From: Eledone cirrhosa
Taxonomy: Eukaryota
Assembly (NCBI GenBank): GCA_964016885.1
Contig: OZ024741.1
Location: 324,322,001 to 324,386,000 of the forward strand
DNA: 64,000 bases
Direction: 5' to 3'
The position numbers and the translations under genes were made by a program. Position 1 is the stretch's first letter. Each line of letters starts with the position of its first letter. The notes under the pieces were generated by a model. That model was not told the origin of the DNA. It searched no databases and was given only the letters and a program-made list of their open reading frames with translations. Shown piece by piece: positions 45,215 through 60,004 of the stretch.

Positions 45215-46135
45215 AATATATATATGTAGATAAATCTACCAAAATATACGGTAGTGTCCAATCCGTATGAAGAACTCAATGTAATCCAAATATCATGAAA
45301 AGAGAAGATGCATTCAAATATTTTCGATAAAAATCATAGGAAAACAGAGTCAAGATAAATTAATAAAACCAATGAAATAAAAACAAAGAACAAGTTCCTT
45401 ATATTAAAAAATTCATCATTTTACGATCGTTTCTGGGATGTATATGTGTGTTGGTATGTATATCATATAGATCTATGTAAAAATATTACAAATTATCAGA
45501 GGAAATATATATACCTTCACATATACTGTACATGCCGTCCTCAGAAATGATGAGATGTGTTTATTGAAAAAAACAAACAAAGATTTAATATAAAAGATCT
45601 GTTTGGGAACAGGTTTTGAATTGACCAATAGAAAAGTAGTTAGAGGTGAAGTTGATAGAATAGTAGTAGTAGAAATTTAATTTAGGGGTAGAGGAGTGCA
45701 GACTTATGTTTTGAATGAAAAGAATACTTTGGGGATGAAAAAAGGTCAAGCCAAGGAGATGGTGAAAGGTACACGAAAATTTGATGTTATTAAAGTATAA
45801 TGTTAAAAACGAATAAAAATAAAATTTTAGGGTAAGGGTATTAGTGAGAAATGCCAATCGTATTTAAACCACAAGGAATCTAGATCTATAACAAGAAATT
45901 AAATTAATTGATAGGTATACTTATAGGGATAAAGTTATATTAATTCATATAAATGTGATAAATAAGAATTAGATGTTAATAAAGTGTGTTGTTAAAAACG
46001 AAGGAAAGTAAAATGTTGGGATAAGGGTAGTAGTGAGAAATACCAATCTTATTTAAACTACAAGGAATCTAGATACATAACAGGAAATTAAATTAGTTTA
46101 TAGGTATATTTTTAGGTATAACATCTAATTCTTAT
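45215..46135 (-). mobile_element. 3' UTR/pseudo-LTR of a Naiad-1 relative
   Basis: Colinear with 4675-5500. Confidence 0.85.
45413..45553 (-). ncRNA. Type I hammerhead ribozyme, long stem II
   Basis: Minus strand: UCAUCAUUU-CUGAGGA-[long hairpin]-GAAA-CGAUCG-UA/AAAUGAUGA. Confidence 0.85.
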
Positions 46136-46138
46136 TCC

Positions 46139-46183
<45 letters not shown>

Positions 46184-46205
46184 ATACAACTGATTATATA
46201 TATAT

Positions 46206-46292
<87 letters not shown>

Positions 46293-46293
46293 C

Positions 46294-46336
<43 letters not shown>

Positions 46337-46515
46337 CATATATATAATCAGTTACAAAAGTGACATTTACATGTAATTAAGTTTCGTTCGATTGCTACCC
46401 TAACTAATTCAGCCCGAGTGTTCTTAACCCTTGGACAGTATTGTACTACAATATATATATATATTGTACTACATATATATATATATATTGTACTACTATA
46501 TATATATATTGTACT

Positions 46516-46572
<57 letters not shown>

Positions 46573-46582
46573 TTATATATAT

Positions 46583-47401
<819 letters not shown>

Positions 47402-49761
47402 TAATATATATTTTGGTTTGGTTGTTTGGGGGTTTTTTGTCGTCGTTCTGGTAATTGTAAATGATTTTGTTATTGTTTCTTTGGATATGTGCTACTACTT
47501 CTTTCTATTGAAATTACATGGCCATTCAAACATCTTTACATATCAGCAATGCCGCCATTGTATAAAACCGCCCTTTCTCTAATAAAAGAAACAACCCCAC
47601 CACCCGCACCACCACCACCACTACCAACTACAATAACAAGAAAATCACCAACAAAAACAACACCAACACCAACGGCAGCGTTAGCCGACGGTAATTATGG
47701 CTGTTTGTTCTCCTTCAAGCCTCCCGTCTTTGTTTGAAATCATCATATGATTTGACGTCTCAGTTCTGAAATTCTTAGAATTGTGGAGATGATATACACC
47801 CGTGGGGATGGCTGCATTTAGAATTCTCCAGCGAATGACAAACGTCTACTAACTGTAACTCTCGCCTGATATTTCTCTGTTGAGCCAATAAATGAAGGAA
47901 ACACTGAATAATTGATAACCATGTACGGAATACCTACAAATGACAGGTTGCGCGCGTCTGTAACACGTAATTTACCGATAAAATATATCCAAACATTAAC
48001 AACATCAGTCAAGCATGTGTATTGATATCTCTGTTATACACAAATAGATGTGGTGAACCCCCGTCGGTTTCGACGATGGTTGTTCTATTTGTTTGACGAA
48101 CGGTAATGTGCGTAACTGGCGAGCAAATAGCCGAGGATCATTCCACAGGATCTTGTACACTTAGCGTAATTCTCAGGGACACATTGGTTGACAAGGTTGG
48201 CCCTTTGAATCATATATACAACACATTTTTTCCAGATGAACAAACTAGAACAACATGAAATAAAATCAAAACGGGCTGCTGAGAATTGAACTCACGACCT
48301 TGCGATCGTGGCCGTAAACTCTAACTATTAAACCAGGTGCTTTCAGAACTTAAACAAATATACTGTAATATATTGTTACTTTAATCACCACTACAACAGT
48401 TTATGTTCGCCTGAGCAAGCAAGACTTGGTGGTGGTGATGGTGCTGGTGAGGGTGATGAACGTGGTGCTTTTGGCGGTGTTGATGGTGGTAAACTCTTCC
48501 GTAACGTAGAGACTTACTGTGCGTGACTGTGTATATATTTTATCATCAATAGCAATCATCCAACCGAATCATCTAACCACCAAATGACTACCATCTTCCA
48601 TGGACCTACCCAAACCACACAAACATATATAGATTAGAAATTTCTCCTATTTTAACACTCGCAGATGAAATGTTAGAGAGTGAGACAGTCCTCTAATAAT
48701 TGTATATATATATGTATATACAAAATTAGAATTTGGTTTTTCACTCATATGAATGTATTCTTAAGTTTTATATCGAATAATAATAATATGTGATTCATTC
48801 GTTCATTTACAAACAAACAGCCGCATTTCGCTGTTTTTTAGATGACGATCGTCATCTTTTTGCTCAAACGACAATCGACAAGTTGTATTGGGATTATTGC
48901 CCTTTGCCCATGTGTATTCTTCCTGTCACTAATTACATCTCTTGAGAATACATAGTATATATTCTCTAAAGTACATATCGGCAGGTTAGTAGATTCCACT
49001 ACACAATGTAACTTGGAAAAGTAGATTAATGCATTAAAAAGTATGCTTACCCTAGTTTCCTTGCTTAAGAGGTTGAACCTAGAAACACATGGTTTCCTAC
49101 CGAATTTCATAACCACTTGACCGTACTTTGCACCAAACATACGTACATACATACATACATACATGATGGCTGCAACTCTATTTCGAGTAATGCCATCGCT
49201 TGATACTTAAGATGAGCATCATGGACATGGCTTTTTAGTATTGCTAGGGACTTTACTATAGCCAGCAATACCATGCATCGTAGAAATGTCACATATCAAG
49301 CGATATATGTTCTTGATGTTTTTTTTATGTGAGGAAAGGCTTTGCACGGGGCCAATCCCACTCTCTGAACATCGAATGCATTTTCCAAAAAAGAAGAACT
49401 GTTCCACATCATTGGACGCAAACGAGATAACAGGTTTTATATCAGAGTGACATTCTCCTAGAGAGATGTCTTAATGAAGACAAGGGCAGATGAACTCAGG
49501 AGAGTTAATGGCCAGCGAATAAAGTGTTTTCCCTTTGTTTTTGTGGAGCTAGAGACTCTTAATCTTCATTAAGACATCTCTCTAGGAGAAGGTCACTCTG
49601 ATATAAAACCTGCGACTTACATACATAATTGTTTCTACTTTTGGCACAAGGCCAGCAATTATCTCAGTGTATTACTGGTACTTTATTTTATCGACCTCGT
49701 AAGGATGAAAGGCAAAGTTAACCTCGGCGGGATTTGAACTCAGACCATATATACATACATA

Positions 49762-50040
49762 ATGGCTGCCCCCTCGTTATCGAGTATGGCCATTGCACGA
49801 TATATGCCTGTGCGTGAAGATATTTTTTAAAGTGAGGAAAGACTGTGCACTGAGCCAATCCCACTCTCTGAGCGACAGTAGCTATAACCTGAAAAGAAGA
49901 AAAGATCAACATCATCGTTAACTACTGAGCCGCAGGTTTTATAGCGGAGTTATCCCAGTTTCCTGAGTTGCCTTCTCCTAGAAGAATGTCATGACAAAGG
50001 CTAGGGGTCCTTCACTACCAGTGGTTTAACCAGGCGGTAC
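49762..50040 (-). mobile_element. RTE-related short non-autonomous element
   Basis: Reverse complement of 25280-25595; ends GGCCATACTCGATAACGAG...GCAGCCAT with a TATG tail. Confidence 0.7.
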
Positions 50041-51490
50041 AACATACATACATACATACATACATACATACATACATACATACATACATACATACATACA
50101 TACATACATACATAACATGACATACATACCTTACGTAATTTCTTTTATAAAACTACAGCAGACGATACTAAACAATATCAGACGATATCAGACGATACTA
50201 AACGATATCAGACGATATCAGACGATAGATGATGGATTTTCCACACTGTACCGACACGGATTTTTATGAAAACGTTGGATAGATGCTTTGGTGTATTCAT
50301 TCCGGCTTTCAGCGATCTGAGCTTAAACCCTGCCGAGGTCAACATTACCTTTCATTCCTTCGAGAACTATAAAAAGGTCTCTTTCTGAATTCCTCTCTAT
50401 CACTAAATTTCCTTTTCAGGAAGAAATAGGCTGTGTTCAGACATGGTGAGTGGATGGGCTCCGCCAACGAGCAGCGAATGCAATTACGGCGCCTTAACGA
50501 CTACATCAGGGGTGACGGGTACATATATACATATATACCGACACCGACCTTACAACGACTCTCTCTTCTCCCGTTATTGAAGCACACACCTCAACGCCAC
50601 CTCTTTACAGTGGGTCATGCGCATACTTTAAAGAATAGACAAAATAAGCATCCATTTATTTCCAGACGACAATTATACAATTTCCTTTCATTGACCCACA
50701 ACTCGTTGTTGTTCAGCTTAGTGTGACGTAACAGTTACTGATGAAAGAGACCTCATACACTTTGTTCATCACATTAAAATATTATGTCAGCTTTCAATCT
50801 TCTATATAATGTTTAATCTCGGATGAAAGGTCGCAGCCATCATAGACAACATTCAGAATGCTGTGTTTGTGTGTTTATGTGCCTATGTATGTATGTATTT
50901 ATGTATGTATGTGTGTATGTATGTGTGTATGTGTGTATGTTTGTATGTATGTATTTATGTGTGTATGTATCTATATATGTCCGTTATGTATGCATGCGCG
51001 GGTGTGTGCATGAGTCTATGTGTACGTGCGTTTACGTTTTTGTGTCGGTCAGTGCGACAGTGTGTGTGTGCGTGTACGTATGTGTAGCATAAGAGTATTT
51101 GTGTCTACAACTGTGACCTCGTAAGATCTTGACTATCACCGTTAATTTAACAACTGCACTCTTCCTTCAAATGATCACGACCTCCAGCTAATGACAAATA
51201 TCATTGCATTCGTTGTTGCTGTATATACGTTAAAAAAAAAGCATTTACAGGGCAAGTCGATATTTTGAAATGGACCATAAGAATAATGGCTTCTGATTTA
51301 GGCACAAGGCCAACAATTTTTGGTAGGAGGGAAAGTCAATTAAATCATCACTGTGCATTACAGGTGCTTTATTTTATCGACGCTGTAGGGATGAAAGGCA
51401 AAGCTAACCTCGGCGGGATATGAACTCAGAATGTAAAGGGCCATGAAACACACACATACACACACACATATACATAATATGCATATATAT

Positions 51491-54400
51491 GATGGCTGAT
51501 AACTCGTTTTCGAGTACGGCCACTACTTTATATCCATGTAGGAGAACCCCTACCGATGCGCTGAACGAGTGTGGCTTTTTTAGTCCAGCCAGCGACTTGA
51601 AAACTCTGGTACAAACACTACACTTGTGACAATTATTGACACTTAGTGCTGGGCCCATGGTACCATGTGACCGAAGATCACTACTCGACCTGCATACCCT
51701 TCCACAAACATTACATGTCGTCGTCTGATGAACACTTATATCTCCACAGGTGCCTGCTTCCCTGTTCTTGTTCACTCTCAGGTGACTCTCTAGACCTGCC
51801 ATACCTGCCAAAACCCTATTACAGGTCCCACATGTCAGGTCAGGCCGTCTGTCAGTACCTTCGGGAAGGCCAACATGGATTCCTTTCCGGACATTTCTTT
51901 TTAGTGTCGCGTGCCTTCTTCTTGTTTCCTCAAATAGACTCTTGCCACTAGCCACTGCTTTCCGCCAAAGCGATCGGTCGCTAGCGCATGCTTCCCAGTG
52001 CTCACAAGGGATATTACTTTTCTTGAGAGCCCCCTTGATGCAGTCCTTAAAACGCATCTTGGGTTTGCTCGCGTTCCTTTTTCCCATTTGGAGCTCGCGA
52101 TAAAGCAGCTGCTTCGGTATTCGCTTGTCATTCATCCTTAAAAGATGGCCGGTCCAGCGCAGCTGATGTTTCAAAATCAAGGACTCGACACTATCACAGC
52201 CACTTCTGTCGAGAACCTCGACGTCACTGACAAACATTTGCCAAGTTATGCCGAGTAACCGACGTAAGCAGTACTGGTGGAAGCTCTCAATCGCTTCATC
52301 TCTCTACGGTAGACCACCCACTTCTCACAAGCATAAAGAAGTGCCGCGAGCACACACGCATGATACACTTTGAGCTTTGTCTTTACCGAAATTCCCTCTT
52401 GAGTCCAGAGACGCTTGTTCAGTTTTCCAAAAGCATCACTGGCTTTCTGTATCCTGTATGATATTTCCTCATCAAGATCGCAGGACATACTCAGAGTGCT
52501 TCCAAGATATACAAAACTGCCAACGACCCTTAGCCTTTCACCATAAACCAAGATGTTGGGCTCACAACATGGCTTCCCAGGGGCTGGTTGGTACATGGCT
52601 ACTGTCTTTTCCAGGTTTATGGTAAGTCCTAATGCAGTACACGCATTAGAAAATGCATCCATGAGATGCTGCATATCAATATCCGTGTGCGTTACCAGGT
52701 CACAGTCATCTGCATAAAGCAAATCCCTGATTAGTGACAAGTGAACCTTTGACTTAGCATTGAACCACCTGATATTAAACAGCTTTCCAGTTGATCGGTA
52801 GCGAACATACATACCATGATTGCAGTTCCCGAAGGCCTGTTCGAAGACAATGGAGAAGTACAAAGCAAAGAGCGTTGGAGCTGGAATGTCACCCTGTTTG
52901 ACTCCATTCTCGACCGTCACCGGCTCAGAGAGCTTTCCACCAACATTTACCCATGCCTTCATGTCATCATGAAACAAACGCAAAATGGAAACAAACTTCT
53001 CAGGGCACCCCAGCTTCCTCAAGATATCCCCTAAAGCCTTTCTGTTGACCGTGTCAAATTTGTCAGATCAACAAACACCTGGTAGAGATCCACATTCTGC
53101 TCAACACACTTTTCCTGCAGTTGTCTGGCTGTAAAGATCATGTCCACAGTGCCACGCCCAGCCCGAAAGCCCGATTGCGACTCTGGTAGAGCTTCATCAG
53201 CAATGTGGAGCAATAAACGGTCCAACAGAATTCTACAGAGAACATTGCCGACAACAGACAACAGTGATATCCCACGATAGTTTCCGCAGTTATCTCTGTC
53301 TCCATTTCCCTTGTACAAAACAACCATCACAGCATCCTTCCAGTCATCGGGAACATGATTGTTGTTCCAGGCATCCAGAACCAAAGCATGAAGTCGGTGC
53401 AAGAGATTCTCTCCACCGTGCTACAAGATCTCAGCATACAGCCCATCCAATCCAGGCGACTTCCCACCATTGAGTTTCCAGACAGCACTTTTAACCTCCT
53501 CGATCGTTGGAGGCTCAGCAAGGACTTTCTTTACTGGCTTATCAGGTATGGACCTGATAAACTCTTCGTCAACCTCTGAATCCCTATTGAGAAGCTCATC
53601 AAAGTGTTCCCGCCATCTCAACAGGATATCATTGGGATCTCTAAGGATCTGATTGCCATCCTTTGTTCTAAGAGGCGCAACTGGTGATGTAGGTGGTACA
53701 TACACTTCACGAAGAAGATTATACATTGCCTTAACGTCCTTCACATCCGACGCAAGATGCATTTCATCGGCTTTGTCATGCCACCACTTATTCTTCATTT
53801 CACGCAATTTTCGTTGCACATCAGCTTTACGAGCTTCAGCTTATCAGCGATTGCCTTCTGCCGATCGGTGCTTAAATCACTACCAAGCAGTGCGGAGTGG
53901 AGAATATGTTTCTCCTCCAAAAGCTTGTCTATAAGCTTGTCATTTTGGTCAAACCAATCCTGATGCTTCTCATCCGTGAATCCAACAACATCAACACATG
54001 CCCCATAAACTGCCTCCTTAAAGGAAGTCCAGTCATTTCCGCACTTTAATGCATCCATCTTTTTAACTAGCCAGATTTTCTCTGACTTCAGGATGCTTCA
54101 GACGGGCAACGTTCAGCCGTTTCGGAAGTGATACCCCTCGCCGTTTCTCCCTTTTACGAACTACACATCTTGCTCTTGCTCTCACCAGACGATGGTCGGT
54201 CCAACACTCTTCCCCACGCATCACACGAACACTGCACAGATCCTGTACATCCCGCCGCCTCACAAAGACATAATCAATCAGGTACCACTGTTTCGATCCA
54301 GGATGCATCCAAGTTGTCTTGTATTTGTCCTTCTGTTGGAACATAGTGCTGCCAATGAACAAGTCCAGCTCAGTGCACATTTGCAATAACAAGAGTCCAT

Positions 54401-54780
54401 TGCCATTACACTTTCCGACCCCATGCTTGCCCAGAGCTCTCCAGGTCTCATAATCACGGCCCACGCGAGCATTAAAATCTCCAAGAATGAAAATTTAGTC
54501 TGCTGCAGGCACTTTCCAGACAAGAGACCTAAATTCATCATAAAAAGCCTGCTTTGCTTCATCAATGCATTCCATTAGTTGGTGCATAAGCACCAATCAC
54601 GGTTGCATATCTTCCACCCTCTAGAGGAACTCTCACAATGATGAGTCTGTCACTAACGCCTGTCGGCAGCTCCTGAAGATAATCTGTTATAACTGTTTTT
54701 ATGGCAAAAGCGACACCAGCTTCCATCCTCCCCTCCTTCCTTCCCCTCCAGAAAAACGTATATCCACCGGATTTCTCTGT
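51491..54780 (-). mobile_element. RTE-clade LINE (APE endonuclease, RT, C-terminal C2H2-like fingers), disrupted
   Basis: GYTFFWRG, YAPT, GVGKCNGNG, TTWMH...LIDY, TDHRLV, NYRGISLL, ESQSGFR, GVKQGD, LYADD, QLRWTGH, CxxC...H repeats; multiple frameshifts. Confidence 0.93.
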
Positions 54781-54819
54781 GAATATATATATATATACGT
54801 ATATATATACATATATATT

Positions 54820-54875
<56 letters not shown>

Positions 54876-55347
54876 TAAAAGGAAAAGAAAATGCTGACAA
54901 ATTTTTCCCAGTGAAAAATAGTTTAATTAGGAATAAGTATAAATTAGTAATAAGTATTGGTTAGTATTCAGTTTTAGTTTTAAGTTTTTACCGGTTGCGC
55001 ATTTCTAATGCTTTTCAAAAATAATTTTGAGATAGAGCGCCCGTGATGTTTGCTCTAATCCTTCATATATATTCATGTATATATATATATATGTATACAT
55101 GAATATATATACATACATATATGAACACATACATATATATATATGTATACACACATACATACACACACACACACTCATGTATATAACAGAGTGAACAGCA
55201 AATAGACATAATATAGCTACATTAGTATAAACACATATGTGGTGTCCATCATTTCCCACTTTTGCTCGATGAATGAATTAAATAAATAATACATTAATCA
55301 GAGTTACACACACACTCACACACACACACATATATATATATTTAAAT

Positions 55348-55397
<50 letters not shown>

Positions 55398-55400
<3 letters not shown>

Positions 55401-55544
55401 AAAATGTATGACCCCGACGGAAGAGCTCAAGTCGTTTCGACGGCCATTTCTGGTCATACATTTTCCTATTACCAACCCTACTACCCTAAGTATTGATTAC
55501 TCTGGTGCGTTATGGTCCATCTGGTTCCTTACCACATTCCTTCG

Positions 55545-55629
<85 letters not shown>

Positions 55630-55817
55630 AACCAGTAGGACCCCGACAGCTGAGCTCAAGCCGTTTCGACGGCTAATTCAGACGGAGAATTAGCCGTCGA
55701 GACGGCTTGAGCTCAGCTGTCGGGGTCCTACTGGTTCCTATTACCCACTCTACTACCTCAATTATTGAGTACTTTGGTGCGTTATGGTCCACCTGGTTCC
55801 TTACCACATTTCCTTCG

Positions 55818-55849
<32 letters not shown>

Positions 55850-55870
55850 CGAAGGAATGTGGTAATCTAT
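55398..55870. mobile_element. Cluster of family B fold-back fragments
   Basis: 55627-55740 is a near-perfect hairpin centred on GACGGCTAATTC-agacgga-GAATTAGCCGTC; shared tail ...CCTTACCACATT(T)CCTTCGTTA. Confidence 0.7.
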
Positions 55871-56382
55871 ATATATATATATATATGTATACATTATACT
55901 ATGTTAAAAGTGAATCCCTTATATATATAATGCTATTAATTTATATATTTAATTATAAATATAATTTATTTTCCTATAATACATTAAAGGTCTCATTGTA
56001 TTATTATCTATCCATTACTGAATATAATATAAGTAAGCTATAGTAGTTATATTATATGGTGGTAACCTTATGTTTATTCCTAATAGTTATTGTAGAGTAT
56101 AAGGTTAGAGATAAATAGGAGTGAAGTAGAGGAATGAGCTGATCATAGAGTGTGATGCTGTGGGGGTTATTATATGCTAATAAGACCTAGAGGTGGAGTG
56201 TTAATACAGACAGACACACACACACATACACATACACACACTTCTCCGTATAAGACAAGAGCTGAATAATATGTTTCAACATGTTAAAATAACCCCTCCC
56301 CCCCTCCCCACACACACACACACGTACACACACATTCCTACAGACCGATTCATTTCCATTATCACAACAATGAACCACTTTG

Positions 56383-56464
<82 letters not shown>

Positions 56465-56551
56465 TTGTCTTAATAGACACCTGAACTGTTGACCTCTCAA
56501 CATGACTGCAACTCAATCAAGCGGAAAAGGAGACTCTTCGACAAACCTACA

Positions 56552-56700
56552 TTTGGCGCGAAACCAGTTCGCGCTAAAATCAATTTAAACATTCACGTGA
56601 CTTCTACCGACCAATCGAAATTGTTTTGACTACAAGAATTTTTGCAACACGAATTGGCGCGAAATTTATAGTGCTTATTCACGTGATATTCAACAACCAA
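56552..56700. promoter_or_regulatory. Duplicated E2F-site, E-box and CCAAT module inside a repeat-like tract
   Basis: TTTGGCGCGAAA 56552-63, TCACGTGA 56593-600, CCAAT 56611; TTGGCGCGAAA 56654-64, TCACGTGA 56679-86. Confidence 0.5.
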
Positions 56701-56994
56701 CCAAATTTTAATACCTCCCAACCCACTTTTTTCACATAAAAAAGGAAGAATTTCCAAAACTGATCAGATTAGAGGAAAAATCAAGAGCACTCTATCTCAA
56801 AATTATTTTTGAAAAGCATAAGAAATGCGCAACCGGTAAAAATTTAAAACTAAAACTGAATACTAACTAATACTTATTACTAATTTATACTTATTCCTAA
56901 TTAAATTATTTTTCACTGGGAAAAATTTGTTAGCATTTTCTTTTCCTTTTTACAAATATATATATATATAATATATATATATATATATTTTTAA

Positions 56995-57572
56995 AGAAAT
57001 GTTCTTATTTTACGTCTTATATATTATTGTTCTGCATTCTCCTGCATTGAACCACCTAGGTACTATGACATAACCTGTGTATTTGCTGGCATTAGCGTAC
57101 ATCTGTGCGCTTATGTTAGTAGATATATTAAATTATCTATATTTATCTCCAAATCACTGATTTGTCGAGCAAACCTGCCAAAACCACTTCTAAATTTTTT
57201 TTTGGGGTGTTAGTAGGCGTTTGTCATCTTACCATCCCATTCCTACTGACTAGCCTCTGTGTCACGTGATTGATTCTTTAGAATCGGCCATATGATCAGT
57301 GGCAGTGAGAATTTTCAGTGGCTGGAATCCAGTCCTCGATAGCTGTTCCAGTTGCCGAATTATTATTATTTTTATATGAGTCCCCAGTGTCCGCGCATCG
57401 CCTGGAGACTCGGCTGAGAATGACCTCCCTGATGACGCAATGAATTTCTCAACAGTTCATTACGTAACTGTCTTTATCCCATTGCAGAAGCTAATTAGTT
57501 GGAGTGAAAATTTAAGTAAGTAAGTTAATTTTTTAAAAAAATATTTTTTAATGAAATTTTCTTATTTTACGT

Positions 57573-57580
<8 letters not shown>
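56995..57580 (+). mobile_element. Family C retrozyme-like unit (period 557) with hammerhead at 57425-57504
   Basis: CTTATTTTACGTCTTATATA at 57004 and 57561; CUCC-CUGAUGA-cGCAAUG...CAUUGCa-GAAG-CUAAUUAG-UU/GGAG. Confidence 0.75.
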
Positions 57581-57636
<56 letters not shown>

Positions 57637-57837
57637 AGTATGTATGTATTCCTCCCGTTAGACCTGTGCCTAATTCCTTCCTTGCTCACATTTCAACCAG
57701 GTTTGATGGTCTTTATTCTCTCGTTCACGATTTCACCGAATTTATATTCATAGAAATCTGGGACTTGTCTCTTCCTTCATCACTTTCTGTTGCTTAAACC
57801 ATTTTGTTTGTTTACCCTAGCGTCCCCTTTATTTACG

Positions 57838-57941
57838 TGTCCCAACGACTTTTTTTAGCCGTTGCTCGCACCACCCTGAGGTATATGGCCTTTAAAGCGA
57901 TGAAATGCCTACGACGGTTGGAAGGCCACTGATGAAGGACA
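57838..57941 (+). ncRNA. Candidate permuted k-turn hammerhead, copy 2 (cut after A57885)
   Basis: Same layout as copy 1; GAAA 57902-05; CUGAUGA 57929-35. Confidence 0.62.
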
Positions 57942-58463
57942 AACTTTTTCATATGTAACCCATTTGCAACGCCGCAGCTCCATTATTATCATATTTACAC
58001 ATATATGTTTTCCTCTGCTGCTACCCGTCTGTTTCGTTATTTGTATCTTTACCCTTTCTAGCAGTCTCTCTCTCTCTGTTAGCCTCTTCCTCACCTTTCA
58101 CTCACTCATTGTCTGTCACTACCTCTCCTCCTCCCCTTTCTTCCCGTTTGACCTGTTCCTTAATTCTTTTCTCGCGCGCTCTTGTCCAAGCCGGTATGAA
58201 TTTTTTTCTCTCTCTCTCTCGTCTGCGACTTCACAGAACTTATGTTTACCGAATTCGCAGACCAGACCCCTTCTTCCTCCCGTTAGACCTGTGCGAAATT
58301 CCTTCCTTGCTCACATTTCAACCAGGTTTGATGGTCTTTATTCTCTCGTTCACGATTTCACCGAATTTATATTCATAGAAATCTGGGACTTGTCTCTTCC
58401 TTCATCACTTTCTGTTGCTTAAACCATTTTGTCTGTTTACCCTAGCGTCCCCTTTATTTACGT

Positions 58464-58565
58464 TATCCAACGACTTTTTTTAGCCGTTGCTCGCACCAAC
58501 CTGAGGTATATGGCCTTTAAAGCGATGAAATGCCTACGACGGTTGGAAGGCCACTGATGAAGGAC
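58464..58565 (+). ncRNA. Candidate permuted k-turn hammerhead, copy 3 (cut after A58510)
   Basis: CCAACC-U-GA-GGUAU-A-UGGCCUU-uaaagcgaU-GAA-AUGCC-UAC-GA-C-GGUUGG-AAGGCCA-CUGAUGA-A. Confidence 0.65.
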
Positions 58566-58625
58566 AAACTTTTTCATATGTAACCCATTTGCAACGCCGC
58601 AGCTCCATTATTATCATATTTATAC

Positions 58626-58884
58626 ATACATATATGTATACAGACGTACTGTAGTATGTATATATATACATACATGCACACATATATATGGACGTATCAG
58701 TTTACCGAACATTTATTATAATGCTCGGGCTGTTTGTTTGTAAACAAACAAACAGCCCGAATTACGCCGTACAAACAAACCGACCATTATAATAAATGTT
58801 CGGTAAACCGATACGTGCATATATATATGTGTGCATGTATGTATATATATACATACTACTGTACGTCTGTATACATATATGTAT
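58626..58884. repeat. Nested inverted repeat (about 95 bp arms, inner perfect hairpin)
   Basis: Outer arms are reverse-complementary; inner TCGGGCTGTTTGTTTGT-aa-ACAAACAAACAGCCCGA. Confidence 0.8.
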
Positions 58885-59685
58885 TTACGTATACATCCAT
58901 ACTTGCATTTAAGTAACTGCCGTACTAAGAGTGAGAAATGAAATTTCGTTTCATTCTATTCCATTTATATATATATATTGACCGCCAGCAGTCTTACTGT
59001 TATAACTCACTCCCGAAAGCGGCATAGAACGGAAACCTGTTGAGAAAGTGAACTCTCTGTTCGATCTTCCAGAACCAATGACTTGCATACCACGCAAGTG
59101 GATATTGTTGATTTTGGATTCACAGAAAACTATCGGCGATATTGCTTAATATCGACGCGATGGTCCAGGCTTGTCAAATTATCCTGAGTTGGTTTTCTCG
59201 TTGCTTTGGTCCTTGCGGCTGGCTTACCAGTCGCAATCTTCAATTTGCCAAGCTGTTTAAACATAATGTTATTACTCTAAGGTAAAATACCTTATTGAGT
59301 GCTTAGCGTCACATTCCGATTGTATTCGTTAGCTTAGCTGCAGCCAGAGCTTCGATTATACTGAACTTCCATTTGTATATATATATATATATATATTCGA
59401 TCGACTTTCGTCAAATCGGACCGAGGAAACAATGTCTCCATTGCTTTTTCCAATTGCTAATACTATCTATCGGTCGCAACTCCAGTTAGAAGGAGCAACG
59501 TGAAATAACGTCTCTTGCTCAATGATATAACCCATCGCCCGGTCCGGGAATCGAACTCACAACCTCACGATTGGGAATCAATTTCTCTAACCACTCAGCC
59601 ACACGCCTTCACACACACACACACACGCACACACATATATATATATATATACTATATATATATATACTATATATATATATATATA

Positions 59686-59728
<43 letters not shown>

Positions 59729-59873
59729 ATTAAATAAATGGAAACTATATTTATAAAACCATATTTATTTCATTATATATATTTCAGGGATAACATATTA
59801 ACAATATGTCGAGTGCTTTTATATCAGTTATAAATATTTACTAGTTGTAACACAACAATTTAAATATAACTTT

Positions 59874-59952
<79 letters not shown>

Positions 59953-60004
59953 TTAAAGAAAGAAGAGTTACATGGTTGGCTGTACAATCAGGGCTTTATT
60001 TAAA

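Larger units (their letters stand above)
57651..58622 (+). mobile_element. Family A element, about 1.55 tandem units (period 625)
   Basis: 57651-57997 recurs at 58276-58622; homologous to 296-980. Confidence 0.85.

Noticed and set aside
58980-59375. Possible Tc1-like N-terminal relic on the minus strand
   Set aside because: Too few recognisable motifs.
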